Shown one piece after another: positions 1 to 7,416 of a stretch of DNA of 24,432 bases. This DNA comes from a virus. Its lineage: Duplodnaviria; Caudoviricetes. How positions within the stretch are numbered: the first letter of the stretch is position 1; each line of letters starts with the position of its first letter. The stretch lies in the IMG/VR virus record IMGVR_UViG_3300030332_000013, positions 1 to 24,432 of that record; one strand, written 5' to 3'. Position numbers and translations under genes: made by a program. The notes under the pieces were generated by a model. The model saw only the letters and a program-made list of their open reading frames with translations, made no database searches and was not told the origin of the DNA.

Positions 1-60
1 ATTCTTTTAAAGAAAATTATATTGAGAAAGAATTTAAAAAAATATAAAGATGAACACTAA
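1..60 (+). CDS. possible 3' end of an upstream gene (partial, ...ILLKKIILRKNLKKYKDEH*)
   Basis: Frame 1 is open from base 1 to TAA at 58-60; too short to identify. Confidence 0.3.
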   Translation: MLLKKIILRKNLKKYKDEH

Positions 61-108
61 ACAAATGAGTAAATATAAATATTGGAATACAAAAAAATTA
101 GAGGTTAA

Positions 109-387
109 ATGAAAAAGAAACCAAGTGAACCTCTTATAGTTGGTAAGAAAAGATATTATAAATATAAAATTATATGGGAAGATATAGTGGGAGATTCAAC
201 ACTAGCAACATCAAATGAATTTAATAATATGACTTGTGCAGAGGTGCATACAGAGTGTTGGCTATTTGATAAGACATTTGACTATGTTTATTCTTTTGCA
301 AGTTATTTTATAGATAACGGAGAAATAGAATTTGGGGATAGAAATGTTTATCCTCGTAGTGTAATAAAGAAAATGATAAGGATATAA
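109..387 (+). CDS. hypothetical phage protein (92 aa)
   Basis: ORF track; GAGG SD at 101-104; same strand as the whole operon; no function recognised. Confidence 0.75.
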   Translation: MKKKPSEPLIVGKKRYYKYKIIWEDIVGDSTLATSNEFNNMTCAEVHTECWLFDKTFDYVYSFASYFIDNGEIEFGDRNVYPRSVIKKMIRI

Positions 388-391
388 AGAA

Positions 392-568
392 ATGAGTGAT
401 AAATATTATTGGTTGTGGAGAGATGAAAAGAAAAAAACACAGGAATCTGAAAAAGAAAACAAAAAGTTAAAAGCAGATTTAACAAAAGCCAAAGAAGACA
501 GACAGTTTGATAACTTAGTACATAAAAAAGAAATAAAAGATTTAATAAGAGGTAAGTTAAAAAAATGA
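392..568 (+). CDS. small hypothetical, charged/coiled-coil-like protein (58 aa, MSDKYYWLWRDEKKK...RGKLKK)
   Basis: Hand-translated (below the ORF track cutoff). It fills the gap, has AAGGA upstream, and its TGA overlaps the polymerase ATG (ATGA, 565-568). Confidence 0.65.
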   Translation: MSDKYYWLWRDEKKKTQESEKENKKLKADLTKAKEDRQFDNLVHKKEIKDLIRGKLKK

Positions 569-2304
569 AATATGTTTTTGATATAGAGACAGACGGACTA
601 TTATTTGATTGTACGAAGGCTCATTGTATTGTTTTAAAAGATATAGACAAGAATGAGATACTTACTCCTACAGTTGACCAGGCATTAGAACTTTTATCAA
701 ATGCTGAATTAATTATAGGACATAATATAGTCAAATTTGATATTCCAGTCTTAAAAAAATTGTATGGATTTAAAACTAAAGCAAAAGTTTTTGATACCAT
801 AGTTGCGACACGACTAATTTGGTCAGACTTAATGGAGTCAGACATGAGACGTGTTCATAATAAAAATTATCCTAGAAATTTAGTAAACAAACACTCCTTA
901 AAATCTTGGGGTGTTCGATTAGGAAATTATAAGCAACACATAACTACAGATTGGCAAACATTTACAAAAGAAATGTTGGAATACTGTATTCAAGATGTTG
1001 AGGTAACGCATACATTGTACCAAAAGATTTTGGAGAAAAAATATTCCGAGCAATCTTTAGAATTGGAACACTTAATTTCGGAAATAATAAGTAGACAAGA
1101 ACAATATGGTATTCTTTTTGATAAAGATAAAGCAGCTAAACTTTATGCAACTCTTTCATCTGAGAGAGATACTATTAAAAAAGAAATGGAAAAAACTTTT
1201 CCACCTCTTAAAAGAGAAGAAGAGTTTATACCAAAAGTAAATAATAAAACTCGTGGCTATGTTAAAGGTCAGCCTTTTATTAAAGTAACTTACGAAGACT
1301 TTAATCCATCAAGCCGAAGACATATAGCTGAACGATTAAAGATTAAATATAGTTGGAAGCCAAAAGAATTTACTAATGATGGTCAACCAAAAGTTGATGA
1401 TAGAGTTTTAAATTCTTTAGATTATTCTGAAGCTAAACTCCTGGCTCGTTATTTCTTATTAGAAAAACGAATAGGTATGTTAGCTGAAGGAAGACAGGCT
1501 TACTTAAAATTGGAACGTAACAATAGACTACACGGAACGGTGAATACTAACTCTGCGATAACTCAAAGAGCAACGCATTCAAATCCTAATTTAGGACAAG
1601 TTCCTGCTGTTACTGTTCCTTACGGTAAAGAATTTAGAGAATTGTTTATCGTTCCAAAAGGGAAAGCAATGTGTGGTGTTGATATATCTAGTTTAGAAAT
1701 TAGATTATTAGGACATTACATTGCTAAGTATGATAACGGTGCGTATGCAAATCTTGTAGTTAACGGTGACATACATACTGAAAATCAAAAACTTGCAGGA
1801 TTAGATACACGTGACCAAAGCAAAAGATTTTTATATGCTTGGCTTTATGGTGCAGGTGTAAATAAGATTGCAGAAGTAACAGGTAAATCTAACAAGGACG
1901 CAGCTCAAGTGAGAACTCGTTTCTTAAATAGATTACCTGCTTTAAGTAAACTAATAAAACAAGTTCAAGAAACTTCAGAGCGAGGATATGTAATTGGTTT
2001 AGATAGAAGACAAGTAAAAGTTCGTTCAGAGTACGCAGCTCTCAATACTTTATTACAAAGTGCAGGGGCTATAGTATGTAAGCAATGGTTAGTTGAATTT
2101 GATAAATCTGTTAAACATATTGAAGGTGTTCAGCAATTACTTTGGGTGCATGATGAAATACAAATCGAATGTCCTGAAGATAAAGCTGAAGAAGTTGGGA
2201 AATTAGCTGTTGAATCTATTAAGAAAACAGGTGAACATTTCAATTTAAGAGTACCGTTAACAGGTGAATATAAAATCTCAAACAATTGGAGTGGAACACA
2301 TTAA
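565..2304 (+). CDS. DNA polymerase, family A (T7 gp5-like), with 3'-5' exonuclease
   Basis: ExoI FDIETDG, ExoII GHNIVKFD, ExoIII YCIQDV; motif A DISSLEIR, motif B RDQSKRFLYAWLYG, motif C VHDEIQ. Confidence 0.97.
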   Translation: MKYVFDIETDGLLFDCTKAHCIVLKDIDKNEILTPTVDQALELLSNAELIIGHNIVKFDIPVLKKLYGFKTKAKVFDTIVATRLIWSDLMESDMRRVHNKNYPRNLVNKHSLKSWGVRLGNYKQHITTDWQTFTKEMLEYCIQDVEVTHTLYQKILEKKYSEQSLELEHLISEIISRQEQYGILFDKDKAAKLYATLSSERDTIKKEMEKTFPPLKREEEFIPKVNNKTRGYVKGQPFIKVTYEDFNPSSRRHIAERLKIKYSWKPKEFTNDGQPKVDDRVLNSLDYSEAKLLARYFLLEKRIGMLAEGRQAYLKLERNNRLHGTVNTNSAITQRATHSNPNLGQVPAVTVPYGKEFRELFIVPKGKAMCGVDISSLEIRLLGHYIAKYDNGAYANLVVNGDIHTENQKLAGLDTRDQSKRFLYAWLYGAGVNKIAEVTGKSNKDAAQVRTRFLNRLPALSKLIKQVQETSERGYVIGLDRRQVKVRSEYAALNTLLQSAGAIVCKQWLVEFDKSVKHIEGVQQLLWVHDEIQIECPEDKAEEVGKLAVESIKKTGEHFNLRVPLTGEYKISNNWSGTH

Positions 2305-2690
2305 TGCCAAAAGGAAATAAAAAATTTGACATTGACTTAAAGTATGGACAAGAAAGAGAAGATAGAGTTGTCTCTTTATTGATGTCAAAAAAAGAAAAAT
2401 GTGAAGTGAAGACAGAAAGAGATTGGTGGTATAAAACTGGAAATATAGCAATTGAAATTGAATGTTATGGAAAACCAAGTGGGTTGATGACTACTGAATC
2501 TGATATATGGATTCATGTATTAGCTACAGGTGATACAGATTATTGTAAGCTAGTATTTGATGTGCCTAAATTAAAACAAATAGTAGAGAAGTTTAAGGAT
2601 AGAACAAAAATGGTTGGAGATTATAAAGCAGCCAAATGTGTTTTAATACCTTTATCTGAACTATTTATAACTGACGGAAAGGGAAAATAG
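2304..2690 (+). CDS. hypothetical protein, possible PD-(D/E)XK-fold nuclease (128 aa)
   Basis: The start is more likely the ATG at 2304 (TAATG overlap with the pol stop) than 2286. EVKTE motif followed by TGNIAIE; lies between pol and exonuclease. Function is inferred. Confidence 0.6.
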   Translation: MPKGNKKFDIDLKYGQEREDRVVSLLMSKKEKCEVKTERDWWYKTGNIAIEIECYGKPSGLMTTESDIWIHVLATGDTDYCKLVFDVPKLKQIVEKFKDRTKMVGDYKAAKCVLIPLSELFITDGKGK

Positions 2691-2692
2691 AA

Positions 2693-3436
2693 ATGGCTAA
2701 AAACACAATAGTAATAGACGGTGATATTCTAGCGTATAAAAGTGCTGTGAGTGCTGAGTATGATTGCAAGTGGGAAGACGGCTTGTGGACATTACACGCA
2801 GATGAAAACCAAGGAAAATATTTAGTGCTTTCTGAAATAGAAGACCTTAAAGAAAAGTTTAAGGCAAATAAAGTAATTGTAGCGTTGACTGATAAAAACA
2901 ATTTTCGAAAAGATGTTTTACCAACCTACAAGGACAATCGAAAACAAAAACGTAAACCTCTTATACTGAAGGCTTTACGTGAGTATCTAGTGAAGGAATG
3001 GAATGCAATAATTCTACCGAATCTAGAAGCAGATGATGTCATGGGCATTGTCGCAACCAAACCTAGGAAGAACGAGAAGATGATTCTATGTTCAATAGAT
3101 AAAGACTTGAGACAAGTTCCAGGTACTTTATATGATGGTGAAACTATGGTTAAAAGAAGTAACAAAGAATGTAATTGGTGGCACTTAGTGCAAACACTTA
3201 CAGGTGACGCTGTTGACGGCTTTTCAGGTTGTCCTACAGTTGGAATAGTTACTGCTCAAAAAATTCTTGACAATAAAAGAATGACTACTCGAAAGATGTG
3301 GAACTTAGTTGTTAAGGCTTATGAGAAACAAGGTCTTTTCGAACATGACGCTTTACAACAAGCACGTGTTGCAAGGATTTTAAGATACGGAGATTACAAT
3401 AAGAAAACAGGTGAGGTAAACTTATGGCAAGTATAG
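2693..3436 (+). CDS. 5'-3' exonuclease (T7 gp6-like, FEN/RNase H type)
   Basis: IDGD, NFRK..LPTYK.NR, LEADD, SIDKDL and GDAVDGFSGCP.VG motifs. Confidence 0.95.
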   Translation: MAKNTIVIDGDILAYKSAVSAEYDCKWEDGLWTLHADENQGKYLVLSEIEDLKEKFKANKVIVALTDKNNFRKDVLPTYKDNRKQKRKPLILKALREYLVKEWNAIILPNLEADDVMGIVATKPRKNEKMILCSIDKDLRQVPGTLYDGETMVKRSNKECNWWHLVQTLTGDAVDGFSGCPTVGIVTAQKILDNKRMTTRKMWNLVVKAYEKQGLFEHDALQQARVARILRYGDYNKKTGEVNLWQV

Positions 3437-3720
3437 AAGGTGATACTTACTTGTCTGAGTTAAAATTAAAAGCTGAAAAAGATAAAGATAAAGAGGTGGT
3501 AGACAAGCCACCTCACTATTTGAAATATAAAATTGAACCTATAACTTTTGTAATGACAAATCAATTACCTTTCGCTGAAGGAAATGTTATCAAATATATA
3601 ATGCGTTGGCGTGATAAGAATGGAATACAAGATTTGAAAAAAGCTAAACGCTATATTGATTTAATAATTGAATTAGAAGAAACAGGAAATATTGACCCTA
3701 AAAAAGAATGGAAGGAATAA
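3424..3720 (+). CDS. DUF3310 family protein (T7 gp1.7 nucleotide kinase-like)
   Basis: V..PPHY...IEPI.F...F.EGNVIKY..R...KNG.QDLKKA..YI signature. Confidence 0.85.
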   Translation: MASIEGDTYLSELKLKAEKDKDKEVVDKPPHYLKYKIEPITFVMTNQLPFAEGNVIKYIMRWRDKNGIQDLKKAKRYIDLIIELEETGNIDPKKEWKE

Positions 3721-3721
3721 C

Positions 3722-5479
3722 ATGGACTACAGTAAAGATACATTAATAACGGAAGTAGGAATGAGAATACTTAAAGACCGTTATCTAATCGATAGCGAAA
3801 CAAGTCCTCAACAAGCTTTTAAAAGAGTAGTAGATACTTACTCTGATGATTCTATAATGGCTGACCGTATGTATAAATATGTATCTAACTTGTGGTTTAT
3901 GTTTGCTACTCCTATTCTAACTAATAGTGGAACAAAAAGAGGAATGCCAATTTCATGCTTTCTTAATTATGTTCCTGATAGTAGAGAAGGACTAACTGAG
4001 CATTACACAGAGAATGCTTGGTTAGCTTCTGTTGGTGGTGGTATCGGTGGATATTGGGGACACGTAAGAAGTAACGGAACAAAAACTTCAGGGGGTTCTC
4101 AATCTTCAGGTTCAATTCCTTTTATGCACGTAGTGGATAGTGAAATGTTAGCTTTCTCTCAAGGTAAAACTAGAAGGGGCAGCTATGCAGTTTATCAAGA
4201 TATTAGTCACCCTGAAATAGAAGAGTTTATTGAAATGCGAAAACCTAGTGGTGGAGACGTTCATAGAAAATGTTTGAACCTTCATCATGGTATAGTTATT
4301 ACAGATGAATTTATGAATATTGTCGAAGACTGTACAAAAAATTTAGGGGCAAATGATGATTGGCAATTAATTGACCCTCATACAAAAAAAGTTGTGCGTA
4401 CTGTTTCTGCTCGAAAATTGTGGCAAAAAATTTTAGAGACTAGAGTAACAACAGGTGAGCCTTATTTGTTTTTTAAAGATACAGTTAATGCAAGTTTGCC
4501 TGACGCACAGAAAAAATTAGGATTAAAAGTATATCACTCTAACTTATGTAGTGAAATAACTTTACCAACAAATGAAACAAGAACAGCCGTGTGCTGTTTA
4601 TCAAGTTTAAATATAGAAAAATATGATGAATGGAAAAACAACTCTGAGTTCATACCTGACGTGGTTCGTTTCCTCGATAATGTATTGGAGTATTTTATTA
4701 ACAACGCTAGTGATAGCCTTAGCCGTGCTAAGTATTCTGCTAGTCAAGAGCGTAGTATTGGATTGGGGACAATGGGTTTCCATTCGTATCTCCAAAGTAA
4801 AAAAATTCCTTTTGGGAGTGCGTTATCCAAAGGATTAAATTTAAAAATATTCTCTCATATAAAAGACCAAGCCGAACAAACTTCAAAAAATTTAGCTAGT
4901 GAAAAAGGTGAAGCACCTGATATGCAAGGTACAGGTATGCGTAACGCTCATCTTTTAGCTATTGCACCTAATGCCTCAAGTAGTATTATTTGTGGTAGCA
5001 CTAGTCCTTCCATAGAACCTCTCCGAGCAAATGCTTATAGTCAAAAAACTATGAGTGGTACTCACTTTATGAAAAATAAATATCTTCAAAAACTTTTAAA
5101 AGAAAAAGATATAGACAACGAAGAAACCTGGAAAAGCATTATTGCTAATCGAGGTTCAGTAAGACACTTAGAACAATTAAATGATTGGGAAAAAAATATC
5201 TTTGCTACAGCAATTGAAATAGACCAAAATTGGATTATTGAATTAGCTGCTGATAGGCAAAAATATATTTGTCAATCACAAAGTTTAAATATTTTTGTTC
5301 CTTCAGATGTTAATATAAGAGATTTACATTTATTACATTTAAAAGCGTGGAAGAAAAAATTAAAAACTTTATATTACTGTCGTTCTGAAGCAGTCAAAAG
5401 AGCAGAAATAATTTCAACAAAAATTGAAAGGAAAGTTAGACCAGATTCAAAAGAAGGTTGTCTAGCTTGTGAAGCATAA
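3722..5479 (+). CDS. nrdA: ribonucleotide reductase class I, alpha subunit
   Basis: ISCF, SNLCSEI (radical Cys), AVCCLSS, APNASSS, TLYY and C-terminal CLAC. The ATG at 3722 with AAGGA SD is preferred over the TTG at 3692. Confidence 0.96.
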   Translation: MDYSKDTLITEVGMRILKDRYLIDSETSPQQAFKRVVDTYSDDSIMADRMYKYVSNLWFMFATPILTNSGTKRGMPISCFLNYVPDSREGLTEHYTENAWLASVGGGIGGYWGHVRSNGTKTSGGSQSSGSIPFMHVVDSEMLAFSQGKTRRGSYAVYQDISHPEIEEFIEMRKPSGGDVHRKCLNLHHGIVITDEFMNIVEDCTKNLGANDDWQLIDPHTKKVVRTVSARKLWQKILETRVTTGEPYLFFKDTVNASLPDAQKKLGLKVYHSNLCSEITLPTNETRTAVCCLSSLNIEKYDEWKNNSEFIPDVVRFLDNVLEYFINNASDSLSRAKYSASQERSIGLGTMGFHSYLQSKKIPFGSALSKGLNLKIFSHIKDQAEQTSKNLASEKGEAPDMQGTGMRNAHLLAIAPNASSSIICGSTSPSIEPLRANAYSQKTMSGTHFMKNKYLQKLLKEKDIDNEETWKSIIANRGSVRHLEQLNDWEKNIFATAIEIDQNWIIELAADRQKYICQSQSLNIFVPSDVNIRDLHLLHLKAWKKKLKTLYYCRSEAVKRAEIISTKIERKVRPDSKEGCLACEA

Positions 5480-5610
5480 TGGCAAAAGCACCTAAGTGGG
5501 GTGTCAACACTTATAAAAAAACAAGTAAGAAAAAAATAGGCAGACATAAAAAAAATTTAAACAAATCTGAAAAACGAAATTATAAAAGAAATAGAGGACA
5601 AGGAAGATGA
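5479..5610 (+). CDS. small basic protein (43 aa, MAKAPKWGVNTYKK...YKRNRGQGR)
   Basis: Hand-translated; TAATG overlap with the nrdA stop; its stop overlaps the next start (ATGA). Confidence 0.7.
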   Translation: MAKAPKWGVNTYKKTSKKKIGRHKKNLNKSEKRNYKRNRGQGR

Positions 5611-5768
5611 CCAAGTGTAACAACAAATGTGAATGTGGAAGACGCATACATGATAAAGACAAAACAAAAAAAGAAAAACTAAATGTGCTGTGGCATACAT
5701 ATCATACCATATTAGCAACAGAATTATTAATTATTATTATAATAGAAGGGATTGAATTATTAAGATGA
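5607..5768 (+). CDS. small protein with N-terminal Cys cluster and hydrophobic C-terminal helix (53 aa)
   Basis: Hand-translated MTKCNNKCECGRR...WHTYHTILATELLIIIIIEGIELLR; ATGA overlaps at both ends; AGGA SD upstream. Confidence 0.65.
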   Translation: MTKCNNKCECGRRIHDKDKTKKEKLNVLWHTYHTILATELLIIIIIEGIELLR

Positions 5769-6718
5769 GTTTATTTAAAGAAAGAAATCATTACAAACCG
5801 TTTGAATACCCATGGGCTTTTGACGCTTATGACGCACAACAAAAAATGCACTGGCTTCCTAGTGAAGTACCGTTGCATGAAGATATTAGAGACTGGAATG
5901 AAAAATTAACTCTTAAAGAAAAGAACTTAATTAATCAAATATTAAAATTCTTTACTCAAGGTGATGTAGATGTCGCTAGAGCGTATGTAGATACCTACCT
6001 TCCTAAATTTAAAGCACCTGAAATAAGAATGATGCTAACAACTATTGCTTCTAATGAGGCTATTCATGCTCATGCTTATTCATTATTAAATGATACTATT
6101 GGAACGCCTGAACTTACAAATTATCAAGCCTTTCAAGAATATAAAGAAATGGCAGATAAACACAATTATTTATTTAAAGATAAAGGTAAAGGACTAGAAG
6201 GACTGGCTAGAGATATGGCTTGTTTTTCTGCTTTTGGCGAAGGCTTACAGCTATTCGCTTCCTTTGTCATGCTATTAAATTTTCAAAGATTCGGAAAGAT
6301 GAAAGGAATGTGTCAGATAGTAACATGGTCTATTAGAGATGAGACTCATCATGTTGAAAGTATGATTAAATTATTTCATTCTTTAATTGATGAAAATAAA
6401 AAAATATGGAATGATAAATTCAAAAAAACTTTATATCAAATATGTAGAGATATGGTTACCCTAGAAGATAAATTTATAGATTTAGCTTTTGAAATGGGTG
6501 GCGTAGAAGGCTTAGAGTCTAAACAAGTCAAACAATATATTCGACACATTGCTGATAGAAGACTGTTGCAATTAGGATTAAAACCTAATTTTAAAGCTAA
6601 AACTAACCCCTTACCTTGGCTAGATTGGGTGTTAAATGGCGTAGAACACGCTAATTTCTTCGAAAACAGAGCAACAGAATATACAAAAGGAAACCTAACA
6701 GGGCAGCTATGGTCTTAA
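5765..6718 (+). CDS. nrdB: ribonucleotide reductase class I, beta subunit
   Basis: HW.P.EVP, FFTQGD, EAIHAHAY (metal ligands and radical Tyr), GEG, DETHH, NFFE.R.TEY. Confidence 0.96.
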   Translation: MSLFKERNHYKPFEYPWAFDAYDAQQKMHWLPSEVPLHEDIRDWNEKLTLKEKNLINQILKFFTQGDVDVARAYVDTYLPKFKAPEIRMMLTTIASNEAIHAHAYSLLNDTIGTPELTNYQAFQEYKEMADKHNYLFKDKGKGLEGLARDMACFSAFGEGLQLFASFVMLLNFQRFGKMKGMCQIVTWSIRDETHHVESMIKLFHSLIDENKKIWNDKFKKTLYQICRDMVTLEDKFIDLAFEMGGVEGLESKQVKQYIRHIADRRLLQLGLKPNFKAKTNPLPWLDWVLNGVEHANFFENRATEYTKGNLTGQLWS

Positions 6719-6719
6719 T

Positions 6720-6744
6720 AGTCCCCATATTAGAAGGAAATAGA
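6720..6744 (+). promoter_or_regulatory. putative phage RNA polymerase late promoter (copy 1)
   Basis: AGTCCCCATATTAGAAGGAAATAGA; 23/25 identical to 23038-23062; intergenic at the boundary of the replication and structural modules. Confidence 0.7.
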
Positions 6745-6745
6745 T

Positions 6746-6964
6746 ATGAAACAAAATGAAAATAATCAAAATCCTTTAGAGGAGATTCAATTACCATACA
6801 CGGTAGATGAACTTATAAAAGTTTTGGATAAGATTTATCCTGACCGTTCACCTTCATTAAAAGATAATGAGCGTGAAGTTTGGTTCAAGGCAGGTCAAAG
6901 AAGTGTAGTTAATTGGTTAATCGAACTTAAAAAACGTAGTGAAGATAATTTATTAGGGGGATAA
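6746..6964 (+). CDS. conserved-type hypothetical protein upstream of portal (72 aa)
   Basis: ORF with AAGGA SD; L.K.YP...P......REVWFKAGQRSVV.WL pattern typical of T7-like marine phages. Confidence 0.8.
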   Translation: MKQNENNQNPLEEIQLPYTVDELIKVLDKIYPDRSPSLKDNEREVWFKAGQRSVVNWLIELKKRSEDNLLGG

Positions 6965-6968
6965 TAAT

Positions 6969-7169
6969 ATGTGCATAGGTGGAACACAAGTGCCGCAGCA
7001 AAAGTTTGCTGTTAGACCAGACCCCAATTTAACGTATGTTAAAGGGAATATTGAAGACCCTTTATCAGACCCTTTTGTTCAAAAAGATACTTCACCTATT
7101 AAGGTTGCGAAGAAGTCGTCAGTAACTCAGTCTTCTTCAAACGATTTAAACATTTCGAGTTATACTTAA
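6969..7169 (+). CDS. small virion protein candidate (T7 gp6.7-like position, MCIGG start)
   Basis: GGGGGA SD; Met-Cys N-terminus; synteny. Confidence 0.65.
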   Translation: MCIGGTQVPQQKFAVRPDPNLTYVKGNIEDPLSDPFVQKDTSPIKVAKKSSVTQSSSNDLNISSYT

Positions 7170-7189
7170 TTAAATGAAAGGAGTCCAAT

Positions 7190-7405
7190 ATGTGTTTTGG
7201 TGGTGGTGCTAAACCGATTGTTCAACAAGCGGCAAAAGTTCCAGTGAGAGCAATGAATGTGGCTGAAGAATTAGCCCCAACAATTGAATTATCTTCTGAA
7301 GATGCTTTAGAATTAGCGAAGAAGAAAAAATCTAAGAAGGGAACATTAGCTATGCAAACAGACCTAAATATTATTTCAGGCACGTCAGACGTTAATACAG
7401 GTTAA
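7190..7405 (+). CDS. small virion protein candidate (gp6.7/gp7.3-like position, MCFGGG start)
   Basis: AAGGAG SD; basic KKKKSKKG..L...L C-terminal pattern; immediately upstream of portal. Confidence 0.7.
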   Translation: MCFGGGAKPIVQQAAKVPVRAMNVAEELAPTIELSSEDALELAKKKKSKKGTLAMQTDLNIISGTSDVNTG

Positions 7406-7416
7406 GGTAGAAACAG

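Noticed and set aside
5707-5715. CCATATTAG, a partial match to the putative promoter
   Set aside because: Only 9 nt, inside a coding region, and lacking the GAAGGA initiation segment.
6700-6730. CCCCATAT as a sigma-32 -10 box
   Set aside because: There is no CTTGAA-like -35 at a suitable spacing; the longer two-copy repeat is better explained as a phage promoter.
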